Positions 14,301 to 27,498 are shown, numbered from the stretch's first letter. The stretch: 64,000 nt of DNA from Eukaryota sp. GEM-RC1 (GCA_040285855.1 JAUFOQ010000001.1:1860001-1924000), one strand, 5' to 3'. The notes: a model not told the origin generated them from the letters alone. A program made the numbers and translations.

Positions 14301-15394
14301 TTTCACCACATTTTGAATCATTTAAAAACTTATTAACAATGGTATAATAATTTCTAATTTCACTATCATCTTGTGCCTTGGAAAATGTTATGCCGTTTAA
14401 TGGAATTTCTTTTAATGCACTCTTTATAGTTGTTGCAAAATCATAATTAAAATCAGTTGACGATGCAGCATTAACTTCAAAAACATAGGAAAGTTTTTAG
14501 TTTTTCTGGAGCTTTGAGAATTTCTTGATAAACTGTTTCATAACCATTATTAATTTTTCCATTGTACCGTAAATTGATTCTATAATTTTTAATTGTTCAT
14601 TAAAAACTGAAGTAATGTTGGGATATTTTGTTTGTAGTTTTCTGAAAAAATCTTAGTATTATTAAGATATGCAGGTTTTCTCTTATCAGCCATGGAATTT
14701 AAAAAAATCACGACTATCTCGTTCTAGTTTATCTTTATTTAAAAATAATGGTGTTTGATACATTGAAAATACTTTCTTGATCGTAATGGTAATCTTATTA
14801 TAATTTATAATTTGATCACTGTTTACTGTATCCACATGGATATGTCCAGTGAGATTTTTTTCCTTTCCGTGAGTAATGATAGTATCAAAAATAACAATAA
14901 GTTTTTCTCGGGCAACACCTAAATGTTTATTGTGACGTTCCTTTAAAATCTCAATAGCTGATTTAATTTTTGATACAAGATCAGCAATACTGGATTGTCC
15001 TGCAATACTACCAGCTAATGAATGAAATTGATCTTTATCAGGAAACAAATTAATCAACATTGTAATAGTATTAATGTCAATTTCCATAATCTTATTTTTC
15101 AAAAGGTAATCATAAAAATCTTCATATCTTTCTAATACTTTGTCAATAAAATTACGATTATGTCCACGCTTAACACGTTCAATGTTTTTGTTGCTTTTTG
15201 TTTACCTGGTTGTGGGGGATGTCTTCTTTTTACTTTAGTTTTACCACCAATCAAATTCATATCATCTCCTTGGATTACCTCATTACTTTCTGCAATATAC
15301 CCTTGCGTCTCCTCTCTTTTTTGCGCATCTTAGCAAAGGTCTCAATTTCCTTGTAATCCCTAGCATCAACGAAATTTGCACCAGTTGATTGCAT
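2356..15394 (-). CDS. very large putative structural polyprotein (~4,300 aa; ASFV pp220-like), many frameshifts
   Basis: About 25 abutting minus-strand ORF fragments with no promoter motif or spacer between them. Junctions checked (~15320, ~15195, ~10195, ~2485) are repaired by +1 base in a homopolymer. Recurrent Gly-Gly motifs: NLIGG, MLGG, ILGG, TTGG, SNGG, YLGG, LFGG, VDGG, SSGG, LLGG, LDGG. Largely helical composition. Could be 2-3 genes. Confidence 0.55.
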
Positions 15395-15422
15395 TTTGTT
15401 AGCATCAAAATATATATTTAAT
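15392..15422 (-). promoter_or_regulatory. putative late promoter/initiator ATTAAATATATATTTTGATG
   Basis: Near-identical to the element upstream of the capsid candidate (34036-34069). Confidence 0.45.
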
Positions 15423-15462
15423 AAAAATAAAAAAATCAAAAATTATTTTTACTCTAATTGTT

Positions 15463-15753
15463 TTACTTTATTTCACAAATATTTTTGATATTTAAATTTA
15501 CATCATCGACACTCACAACATCAAAATTACCTCGTTCAATATTGAAACTATAAAAATATCGAGAACCAATACATTTTACATTTAGATTACTTATTCCTTC
15601 AATATTTAAATACCAACAAACTTGCCTAAATTTTTTGTGAGGTTTATCTATATATACACGTTTGATAATATTTCCATTTTTAGTGCCAATCAAGGAATTT
15701 ATTTTAGGGATTAAATAAATAAATGGCATCGTAGTTATATTAATTTTTATCAT
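15463..15753 (-). CDS. hypothetical protein, 96 aa
   Basis: Intact ORF bounded by AT-rich spacers. Confidence 0.5.
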   Translation of the reverse strand: MIKINITTMPFIYLIPKINSLIGTKNGNIIKRVYIDKPHKKFRQVCWYLNIEGISNLNVKCIGSRYFYSFNIERGNFDVVSVDDVNLNIKNICEIK

Positions 15754-15811
15754 TTTTTAATAAATTAAATTATGAGATATATCAAATATTCTTTTTGTCT
15801 AATATAAAACA

Positions 15812-17399
15812 ATGATAACCAAACTTAAGAAGACTCGTACTACAACCAAAACTAAAAACGCTAGTCAAAACCAACAGTTGATGCATATTGATACATTTGG
15901 TAATACGGATATAAATATAACTATTGAGGGTACTCAGTTTACATTGAAAATATTCCGATTATATCGGGCATTTGGAGTTTATAGTCCATTTACTAGAGAA
16001 ATGACTTTATTAACACCTCCAGGTATGAATTCTCTAAAAGAATATTTAGAAAGGGTTGTTGGATTTTTAAAAGAAAACCAAATTGAATTTACTTCAGATC
16101 TATCAAAGATGTAGAAAATTTAATCAGTCGAAGTGCGGAATTGGCATCAATTAAACGCGCATTAAGTTCTACTTTTGGAACATGTTCCCCATCATAAATA
16201 TGAAGAATTGAAGGAATGTAAAGAGGTTGAAGTTAGTACCCTTTATGGTGAATCCACTCCAAGTACAGGTAAATTAAAAAAGAACATTATGAAAGTTAAT
16301 CCAAAAAAATCTGAATTAGTTATTAATAATTCAACTAAAATCAAATATAAAAATATATTGTTTTATGATAATTTATTCCAAGTATTGATTGAACCAAATA
16401 ATGATTGTGTTATTCCTCCATTAGAAATACAAGAACAAACTAGAGTAAAGGTTTTACTGCACGTTATAATATAATTAACGGATTATTATCAGGAGGAACT
16501 ATTGATAGTTTTAGAGATGCAGTTATTCGAAGAGATATGGAAATTGATGAAAATGGATCTACCGAATCGTTTATTAATAATTATCTACCCAATGATCGAG
16601 AAAAACTTTCAGCAATGTTATTAATGAATTCGGAAGAGGATGATTTCGATGATTATCTTGACGAATATTCACAAAACGTACCTCAACCAGATGAGGATCA
16701 ATTGGAAGAGATGATTGCTGAACAATCTGATGATGATCCTGAGAGAATTACTTTTAATATGATTGCTGGTGGTGCAAAACCAATCGAGAATAAACTTGAA
16801 TGTGAAGATATATTAAATAATAATAAAAAGCATTAATTGAATATAATAAACATTCTGAAAATTTTATTGATTTTTTTGATACAAACTATATTACATCTGG
16901 CTTATCAAAGAATAATAAGAGCGTCTTGAAAAACTATCAATCTTTCTTAACAGATTTAACTCAAAATAAGGTTGGTCAATTTAGATTTAATGGAGGTAAA
17001 TTACATTATCAACCAAACGTTGCAAGATTTTCAAATAATCCAAATCTATTTAAGTCAATACCATTTATGGATAATGGAGATAAACTTTTAAATTATCAAT
17101 TGATTCACGCAGATCCAACATTTTCATTTGATAAAATTAGTAGTAACCAACATAGTTATCTAGATTTTTATAAATTTGGATTGCCCGAAATTACAAGTTA
17201 TGGTGCAAACAAAATAGTAAAATTACTACCAGACATGTTTGATTTTTGGATTTTCTGAATCATGTGATTTTAAAAATACATTAAACTTTTAAAGAATACT
17301 ACATATCATTCATTAAAAAAGAAAAAGGCTGCCCGAAAATCAAAGACGAAAGCTAAGCCAAAAACTAAAAAAAAGTTTGATGATGTAAATGATTTATAA
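15812..17399 (+). CDS. ~530-aa protein with Gly-Gly motifs (possible pp62-like second polyprotein), frameshifted
   Basis: ORFs 15812-16114, 16175-16474, 16537-16836 and 16926-17258 join through single-base shifts; contains LLSGG, MIAGG and FNGG; divergent from the large polyprotein. The pp62 label rests on size, position and GG motifs only. Confidence 0.4.
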
Positions 17400-17666
17400 T
17401 TATTGGATATTTAAATTTCCTTGTATTTCAATTCATCAAAATGGATTGAATCATTTAAATGACCATTCATTTCAGTAGTAATTTTTCTCGATATAATACT
17501 TCTAAATATTTTTTAAAAATTTTAGAATAATCAATACTTTCAACATTGGGGTTTTCGCGTTTTTGTTTTAAATACTTTTCAAAATAAAATCCATCCAACT
17601 TCATTGTATTGTTTTAATTTCATTTTTTTACGTTATTCATATATTTTAATTTTGCTAGTTAAAAAT

Positions 17667-18242
17667 ATGAGTATAACACAAAAAACATTGCAGATCAAGT
17701 TGAACGTAATGTACATAACATACCGACAAGACAACATAATAATATACCAAAACCTATATCAAATTATCAACCACAAAAACCTCCTGTGAATACGAATTAT
17801 CAATCAAATCACATTAATGCAAATAAACAATCTAGTTCATTTAACATGCCCCAATTTCCATTGAATAATGATTATCGTCCCAATCATGGAGGAATTGGAT
17901 TTAGTATGGAAAAACAATGACAAATATGGGTGAACAAATGCGAAAAGCCAAAACCTCTGCTTCTGCATGGTCATGGAAAAGATAGGAATAATCGCTGTTC
18001 TTGGTTTGCTACTTGTATTGGTTGTGGTGTTTTTATTTAAAACTTTTAGTTCAAAAGAAGGAGAAGAATCCAATTTCAAAAATCCAATTACATCTATCCG
18101 AAGAACACTAAGTGCACCCTTTCGTGACACAAAATTTGAACCTGCCTCAGAAACAATTAAATCAAATGAAACAGGTATATCAGTTAGTAAAAGACCTGAC
18201 AAGCGAAAACGATTAATGCGTGGTGAACGAATTAAAATGTAA
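17667..18242 (+). CDS. single-pass membrane protein with N/P/Q-rich N-terminus (frameshifted)
   Basis: Hydrophobic run IGIIAVLGLLLVLVVVFLF followed by a basic tail; the upstream frame is open back to the ATG at 17667 through homopolymer shifts. Confidence 0.5.
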
Positions 18243-18267
18243 TAAAAAAAAATATATTTATTTATAA

Positions 18268-21200
18268 TTAATGAAATTGAACACTATTTTTCAAGTGATT
18301 AATTTCACGTATTCTATTTTGTTGAATAACTTTGATATCATCATCACTATTAGTAATTATTTTTTAATTCTCTCTTTAAAAATGCATTCTTTTTCATGTA
18401 CATTTCTTTCAAATCTTGATCATGATTATTTTGTATTAATTTCTTATACATTTCTTCCATGATTTTTGTTGATAATTCTTCAATGATTAAAATTCTACGA
18501 TCTTCTGAACATTTCTGTATAGACAATAGTTTTTGTATTTACTCATATTTGGAGGAAATCTTACATTACCCAAATATTTTGATGTCAACTTTTAGCAGTC
18601 TCATTGGTCATGAATAGAAACACTTCCAAACTAGATATTAACTTATTCATATAATGTCTCTTATCCAAATCATATTTAGAAAAACCAATATTGTCATAAT
18701 TAATATCATCACTTCCATAATGAATAATAAAACTTTTATCGGAAATTAAATCCGAATTAGCATTAGTGACAACATAATAGACTTGACTATTTAAGGGAAC
18801 ATTAAGTCCTTGATTCTTTATCATTTTAGTAATGGTCGAACCTTTTCCACTAAACTTTCCCTTGCAAACAAATTCTTCCAAGGGTAAGTTATAAAACTCA
18901 CGATCGAATTGAGCAATTTCTTCGAGAACCACTTGAGATACATCAACATCGTCATTAAAGAAAATCTTGTTGAAAATACTCAATGTGATTCTTGGTACGA
19001 ATTTACATTCATTACTTTTGAAATGTTTGAGACCCTTGATTGAAAATCCCAACTTTTACCAATAGCAAATGATGTTAATAAAGAATCGTTTTCACCTAAA
19101 TCATCCATGGTCTTCATTGTTGGTAAAGCATTTCCTGAAAATGGTTGCATGATGAAATTCTTCATGATTGGAAATGATAACAATTTATATGCAACATTTT
19201 CCAATTCAGCATTTACAGGACTTCTATTGATTACGATTCTGAAAATGGCAGTAATCATTTCAGCATGTACTTCCAATCGTTCCTTTGATTTCAATGCATC
19301 TAAAGAACTGCTACTTCTTTTGATCCAGTATATACTTGGAAAGATTCATTAGTATAATAAACGGAATCAGTATTGATTGAAATTGGAGTTGAAGGAGTCT
19401 GATGAATAATTACAGAATCTACTTCTGGTTGGATCATTTCAAATGGTTCTGTTGCTGATACTACCATTTGATAAAATTCTGGAACACGATATAACAAATC
19501 CTTATGTCTTCCAACAAAAGGTCTCATGCGAGTTCGTTCGGTAGTCAATCCTAATTTTTCCACCATAGATTTTACTTGCTCGTACTCAGGAACAGTTAGA
19601 GCAATTTTATCCAATGTTACCAAATCATGTAAATAAGTAATTTGTGATCTAGCACCTTGGGTCACCGCTCCAGCAATCTGTACTTTGAAAATGGCAAGTT
19701 TGGATTACCCGTTGTTCCATATTCAGTATTTAATGTCAATTTAAGATTTAATTGATAAATATTTAAAATGGCATAAGCAGCTGAATTCTTTGGATGTTTT
19801 TTCATTTCTTTTTAACAGCATTTCTTAAATCACGGACCTTGTTTAAAAATCTAGCCTTGTAACCAAAACGATGAACACCATCCTTATTGGTGGGTTCTTT
19901 AAACTTGTGCATGTCCATATTAGTATTATAATTTTGAACAACAAATACTGACTTGATTACGTGAATTGTACTCTTGTTTTTCTAGTGGGATAAATTCTTC
20001 CATTAATATTGGTTTCATAAAATTCATCACCCTCGACCTTTAATGATTCAAATTGAGAATTATAAATTCTTCGAGAAGCACGATGAAATTCATCCATGTT
20101 TTCCAAATCTTGCATTTTAAGCATTCCATAATATTCTTCAATAATGTAATTCATTGGTTCATTTTCAAAACGAATTACCCATCGACGTCTATAATAAAAG
20201 ACATCTTCGATAAAACCATGATATAAAATCTTGGCACCATACAATTCAGGATTCTTTAAAACTTGAACGAAACCATTGCTGATGGATCAACTCCACCACC
20301 TTCTTTGATTGCAGAATAACATGATGATAAATCTACCGAAGTCACCAATAACTGTAGTCCAGTTATTATAACCTTGGTCAATCCACCTTCATTATTAACG
20401 TGTACAAAATCCATTTGATGTACATCATTACCCATATCGGTTTCATAAACATAATCAATCTTTTCATATGCACAACATGGAGAAGTTTTGGATCCAAATT
20501 CTTGATAGATTCTGGGAACACTTGTCGTGACTCCAACCATGTTGTCATGATATAATTGTTTAATTGTAAAATTTGAAATCAACAAACTATTACCAGCATC
20601 TTTTAAAACCGTGGGAATAATTTCAAAGAATTGTGCTTTGGATATTAATGTTGAAAACATTTTAAAATTAGCACACACCATTGCAGTAACAATAGCATCT
20701 TGTTGACAATAATCAATACACACTTTCATTTCTTCAGGATCCTTATTATACCAATACACAAACATTTGTGGAATTGATAAATCAATCTTGGTATTAACAA
20801 ATCCCAAATGGGCAGTTACGGTTTTCAATGATTTTGATTCCAATGCATCCTTTAAAAATTCATCTTTAATTGGTAGATAAATATCAAATGATGGTGGTGA
20901 AATGAAACGAAGATTTTTAGACTTTTTACGTTCACCTTCCATGTTTACTTCATTTTGTTTGATTATTTTTTTGTAAAAAGGGAATGTCCGATAAAGAATC
21001 AGCATCCATTTTCTTACACCATTCAAAAGTTTGAACTTCTAAATAACTAGACTCAAAATTATAAAACATGGTCTTGAATAAAGTATTTTCCAAAACATAT
21101 AATTGTTTTCTTGTTTGTGGATGATTTCTATATAATTCAGGACTCAACGTTTTTACATCTTCATTAAACCTAAAGAATTTAAACATTTTTTCATATCGAT

Positions 21201-22735
21201 CAATCTTGAAGGAAGGATCAATGTGTTTTAAATTATTTGCATACCATAGACATCTACGAATAATATAATCATCATCATAGGCGTAATTGTTATATCCAGC
21301 CAACATGTAAATATTATTTGTAGCAATGTAATCAAAGAATTTAAATAATAAATCCAATTCAGAATCACATTTCACATGTTCATAACCGTAATGATCATTA
21401 ACACTATCATTGGTCAGAGGACCTGTATAGTCATATGTGGAAAAGGATATGTATCCATTGATTTCATTTGAAGATGGATTGAGAGTACAACATGAAATGA
21501 TAATAACTTCATCATCTTTTTGGACGCATCAGTCATTGTATTAAAGGTTCCGCCTTGAATTAATGATAATGTAGTTTTCATCGAAATTGCTTCAATATCA
21601 TATACCAAAATTTTCATCTTGTCGATAATTTCCTCATATTCATTAATTACGTTTTTGTTGGTAAATTCAGTGCGATTACCATGAAAACAACTTTGGAATA
21701 TTCAGCCTCATAAAACTCATTATGTCTAAACATTGAATTTGCTGAGGAAATAACGTCATTATTAAATGAAATCATTCCATATCCTTTTGGTTTGTCAACA
21801 AAATTCTCTCAATACGATTTCCGTTTGAATTAATCTTGTGATGCATTCTTAGTGGAGGATTTGTTTTAAACCAATCATATTCACTAGACATTTTTAACCA
21901 ATATCCATTCAATACTCTAAACAACATGAATAAATTATTTGCTTGTTCGTATACAATGTTATTTCTCAATGTACATTTCAAAAATAATTCAGGTTCATAA
22001 AAATTAAATCCTTCCGCATCCAACATTAAAACAGGTTCATGATATTCAATAGCAGATTCCCCATTAGGTTCAAGATTTTTATAATACTTGTAAGGGAACG
22101 ACGGCTCTTCATTCATTTTACCAAAAGTTGGTAGAGATTCTGGATTTTTCAAGATTGAATAATAATTTTCATCATTTTCGAAAAAGATTCAAACGTCTTA
22201 AATACCACATTACGATCAAGTGATGGTAATTGTTTCAAAGTTTTCGCAAACTCTGCATTCTTTTCCATACAATCATTAATTTTCAAAAATCGTTTCAATA
22301 AAAGATCATTGGGATCCTTTTGGATTTAATTGTTTCAGGAATAATCACATCGGATTCTAAATCGATTAATCTCTTAATTTCTTTAATTACATTTTTGGTT
22401 TGTATTTTTGAACAATATAAACAAACTCGGGAATGTAATAAATTGATTGAATTCTTTCAACATGTGTTTTGAAAATACGTTTCATTTGTTCATAGGGATA
22501 TAATAAATTCAAATTAATGTCTCTAATAAATCGATCTACTCCGCATTTCCATATCTGAGGTATCGTAGAATGGTACTTTGATATAGAAATAATCATTTGG
22601 TAAGTTTTTCACCATTAATTCAATGAGTTGATTATGATTATCAAATCCCAAAATGTGGGCATTGCCAAATTTGTATTCGTATTCGATTGGAAAAATGTAC
22701 TTCATTTTGTATGTAAAAAAATCACTTTTGGACAT
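18268..22735 (-). CDS. polB: family B DNA polymerase (~1,490 aa, frameshifted)
   Basis: ExoI ILVYDIEAIS (~21600), ExoII GYNNYAYDDDYI (~21285), ExoIII DYCQQDA (~20705), motif A VDLSSCY (~20330), motif B QLNLKLTLNTEYGTTG (19710-19755, missed by the ORF track), motif C-like INTDS (~19370), C-terminal VYYVV and LDKRHYMNKL. Confidence 0.93.
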
Positions 22736-25542
22736 TATACATTTAACGCGTTTAACATTGTGTTTTCTTTATATAATACATAATTATCATTATTTGTAAT
22801 ACTATTAGTAAAATTATATTGATTAATAATAGTACTATATGCATTTAGTGTAGTTTGTAAAAAATCAATTTTTTTAGGTAAAATGAATTCCAAACGAGTC
22901 AATGCAATTTCAAATGATTCTTTATCTACTTTTAATGGTTCATTAATTCTAACGATATTTTCATCTATATCAACTTCACCTAATTCAATCTTTAATTTTT
23001 TATTATTTTTTATATAATTAATAAGATCTCCATAATGTTTTATTAAATCTTCTTCTTTTAATGAATTTAATAACCATCTTATTGTATAATTAATAATAAA
23101 ATTTTTCATTACTTTGTTTCCGTTTTATATTGGGAAATAATATATTCTTGATGTAAAATAAATTCAATATTACTAATTTCATCAATTTCTAGACTTTCAT
23201 CAATATCTGAAACAAAAATTTCATGTCCAGAGAATCTAAATATACAATACCACTAGTACCATCAGTTGTCATTGAGGTAGGTGTAGTGACAAGACCAGTT
23301 AATGTTTCAATATAATCAGTAACTTCGTTTATTGATGGAAAATGTTTTCTAGAAATTTTATTAATTGATACAGATGTTTGGAATTTTGATGGATAAACTG
23401 AATATATTTTATTATGTATTAATGCAAACAATCCAATATTTTGATAATTTGTAACAATTTTTGCTGATGGATATTTTAATAATACATTTGATATTGATAA
23501 TTTTGGAGTTAGTAAATCATTTTTCAATTCAGCATACAAAAACTCTTTAAATGAATTACTAAATTGTGCATTAATTGCATTCCATTCATTATCATGTTTT
23601 GCAACAATACTATAATAAAAATCATTATATTGATATATCGATATTACCTTTGAATCATTATTTAAATGGTCAAATAATAAAGACAAATCGCATTGAATAT
23701 TATCATTACTAAAAATAATTAGTACATATCCATGATTAAACGCTAGTGTAAATGCATTACCTGTCGTATAGTTTGTTTTTAATTCATAATTTAAAATAGA
23801 TAATGGAGTATCATAATCAAGATAATTTCTTCTTAATAAATTACAATGTTCAACAAAATAATGATCAATCTCTATTGGTAACTTGGCAATACGTTTTGGT
23901 CCAAGATGTCCGGTTTTTGAAATATTTGATACTGGTTTTCGAGAATTTCCGCATCTTTTAATAATTGTTCATGTTCATCTATATCTTTTTTTATGATATG
24001 CATCAAGACGTAAGCAATCCATTTCTCGCCTTGAATTGGTTTTGGATCCATCACGAGGATTAATAGTTGAACATTTTCTCATGCAAAAGTTGGTACCAAT
24101 AGGGAGCCCTTCAACATATTGTTTTTCCCATCACGAGTATTTAAACAATACATGTATTCCTTTCTTCCAGTGGTCAAGTTTCTACGAACATAATATTCAT
24201 AATCTTTAAGGGGGACGTCTGATATTACTATATTGGCAGCATCTTTTGTACAGTCCTTGAATAATTATAAACAATTCCTCGATGCACATATTTCGTAAAT
24301 GCTACAGGATCTAATATTTGCAATAAACTACGTGTATCTGCTATTTCTGCTGATAATGTTTTTCTGTTTTTATTTTTTCAAATAAATGAGAAATTAAATA
24401 AACCGAATAATATGCATCATTTAATGAATTTATATTTTCAACTCGAACATGCCATATATTTTCCTTCTTTTTGTTTCCATCATTAAAAAGTTTATAATGG
24501 GTCCTCGATTTAATAAACGATCTAATTCAGTACGATTTCCCATGATATAATGATTAGAAGAAAAGTTTTCATTTAAAATATTTATTGCCTGAACAGAATA
24601 TCGTTTTGGTAATTGCAAAATAACGGAATTACTAGTGTGATTAATTTTCGTTGCCAATCCAACACTAACTAATTCATTAATAACACTAAACAATGAGTTT
24701 TTAGCAATACCAGTTTGATATTGAATTTTAATTTCATTAATTATTTCTGCACGAGATTGTATATGGTGATCTTCCAAAATAGTTTTTACCAAAGAATTTT
24801 CTATATTAGTAATCATTAAATTTGAAGTTAATTCACATATTTCTTCATTTGTATATATTTTCAATAATTCATGATCAACTAAATTTGGTCCATGATGATT
24901 CAATTCAGGTTTATATTTAATAAAAGTATATGGAATGTCATTTTTAATTATGGTATATGATATTTCATTGATTTCATCTTCACATGATAAACTATCCAAT
25001 AATAATCGTAAATTAATTTTATTATCGAATTCATGTTTAATTGATAAATCAAATAATGTAAAATGTAATGCTTCAGATGATAAATATTCTGTTAATACTG
25101 TCATTTTTTCGACATATTCCTCTCGATTAAATAAATGTAATGGTAATTCTTCCATTGCTCCATATTCTAATAATGTTGGCCATTTTTTGCATCAGGTTCC
25201 CAATCTTTATAAAAATGAAAATCTAATTTATCAATAAACTTGAATTTTTGTTTTAATTTCAAATCTGATCTAATAGAAACTAATGGCTCCAAATAATCAA
25301 TCCCTGTATTCGGTATATAAATTGCCTCAGGTATAGTATTTAATAATAGTGCGATTATTATCTTTACTTCATATACACTCATTAATTCATGGATTTCAAA
25401 TAAATCATTAATAGATTTATATGACAAATTACGCGTACTTTGAATTAATTGCATTTCGTCATATTCCCATTTTATATTTTTGGATTATATTTTATTTCTA
25501 TTTTTCTTTAGCATTTGGTTTTACACGATTCAAAATAGTCAT
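22735..25542 (-). CDS. early transcription factor large subunit (VETF-L; poxvirus A7 / ASFV G1340L-like), frameshifted
   Basis: Translation of ~24090-24330 gives LLQILDPVAF...YNYSRTVQK...RRNLTTGRKEYMYCL, matching my recollection of the DPxxF / YSRxCQ / NxT...YxC region of this family; ~930 aa; its stop overlaps the polB ATG. Confidence 0.6.
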
Positions 25543-25595
25543 GTCTTTTTTACTAAAAAAATATTAATATATCAAAAAAATAAAATGATTGCTAT

Positions 25596-26327
25596 TTATA
25601 ATGAAAATAAATCACGTAAACTATGAGTTTTAAACCATTCTGATTTTTGCTTAACATGTTTATCTTTAAAATAATCTACAACTTTAATATTCATTGATTT
25701 ATATTTCTCAATTGATTCATTATGCAAATTAATAAAGTTTTGCAAATCCGCATCACTATATACATCTTCATTTGGTCTTGCCCGCTTCAATATTCGATTC
25801 TTTAAATCATCAATTGAGGGATTAATATCCAAAACTACAATATTATTACCATACTTTTCAATTAATGTTTCAGTTGCTAAATCTACCAATGAATTCATTG
25901 CCGATATTGTTGTATTATTCGTGTATCCTTTTAAATTATAATTTTTCCCAAATAAATAGGAATCACCAATTAAAAATCTATCAAATACCAAATCATTATG
26001 ATTTTTCATTGCTTTATTAAATTGAATAAATCTAGTAGTAGTTGTTTTTATTTGAAAGGTCGATGAAATCAGTCTCAATTTGTACTTTTTTGTCAAATCA
26101 TTAGGATCATTATATTCTTTCATTTCATTTAAAAATGTCTGTAAACTCTTTTCTACTCCATTTTCTATAATGGAATCACTTTGACCATTAAAATCAGGAA
26201 CATCCCAATCATTAATATTTTCTTGAATTAAGCCAACTTGGCTATTATATTCTTTAATAATTGATGCCATTGTAGTTTTACCAGCACCTGGACAAGCCTC
26301 AATAATAATTGCAGATCTGTTGGACAT
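25596..26327 (-). CDS. deoxynucleoside kinase (dNK family)
   Basis: P-loop IIIEACPGAGKTT, ENINDW, DRFLIGDSYLF, lid RILKRARPNE; intact ORF. Confidence 0.9.
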   Translation of the reverse strand: MSNRSAIIIEACPGAGKTTMASIIKEYNSQVGLIQENINDWDVPDFNGQSDSIIENGVEKSLQTFLNEMKEYNDPNDLTKKYKLRLISSTFQIKTTTTRFIQFNKAMKNHNDLVFDRFLIGDSYLFGKNYNLKGYTNNTTISAMNSLVDLATETLIEKYGNNIVVLDINPSIDDLKNRILKRARPNEDVYSDADLQNFINLHNESIEKYKSMNIKVVDYFKDKHVKQKSEWFKTHSLRDLFSL

Positions 26328-26447
26328 TTGAAATGATATAAATCATTTTTTTACAAATCTTGATTTAGGAGAAAAATCCCAATTTCCAAAATCATTACAA
26401 ATATTAAAAAAATAATAAGAGAATAATGTATTATATTTTTTAATATT

Positions 26448-27498
26448 TTAGGTAAAACCTAATGCTATGTTAAACGAATCACCATTTATCCTCATACTAT
26501 TTGCATAAATAAATCTTCCTGTAGGCAATCCTTTTTAATTATATCATTTTTAATTGCCAAATACATACCATAATGTAATGTTTTAAAGAATTCAGGAGTA
26601 TGACGTGGTTCATTTAATAATTTGTGTAAAAATTCATGCATCATTACATAATAATAAAAACTGTAATATCTTAGATCAAATTTCCCATTAACCTCAAAAT
26701 TAAAATAAATAGTAGATGTAGTTAATGAAATATATGAAGTCTTCTTTAATAATTTGTTAATAAGCGTACTTTGGATTTCATGAATCTTGTATATTGGTAA
26801 TTGATTTTTTATATAATCCCATTTTCATCAATACTACAATTACCCCCATCCTAATTCTAAATAGAGTTTGTGCAGTTTCTATACTTTTTGCATATATTAC
26901 ATGGGTTTTTCCATTTTCATCAACCTTGTAAAACTTTTTAATCTTATTATTATCCATTAATATCCTTAATTGTTTTTTTGTTATTTCAGTCATTTTACTA
27001 CAAAAATTTATTTTATATGGCCTAAAAGAATGTTTAAATCTCATTTTTTAGATTCGTCATCGTTTTCAAAAATAATTTTTCCATAATTACTATAGAAATT
27101 ACCTTCACTAAACGAAATGGACTTCTGAGCATTTGATGATAAAAATGGTTCATTACTTTCATTAATTTGAATAAATAGTCCACTATTAATATTTAATATA
27201 GCATCACCAAATACAACCCATTTACTATTATATGGCTGTTTATTTCTACTAAATAGTACTGATAATTCATTTGTTTCCTGATTGCGATGAACAACTAAAT
27301 ATTTTTTATCTTTTTGATTATTTGTACTTGTGCATATATTGGTTTATTACGATATGCCATGTGAAATATACCATTTAATATCAATAAACTAACAATTAGC
27401 AACATTCCATAAAACCATCCTCTACTACGTCCCTTGTTATACATTATTTTATCATTAGTAATTGGCGCATCATATGAATAAATAGGCACTTCTGACAT
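26448..27498 (-). CDS. membrane-anchored WLM/Wss1-type zinc metalloprotease (frameshifted)
   Basis: N-terminal TM (WFYGMLLIVSLLILNGIF). Uncalled frame at ~26585-26715 reads YYVMMHEFLHKLLNEPRHTPEFFK (HExxH plus a third His). Confidence 0.7.

Noticed and set aside
18268..22735. Intein or intron in polB explaining the fragmentation and inserts
   Set aside because: No C/S...HN splice junctions or LAGLIDADG motifs seen; the breaks examined are single-base frame changes.
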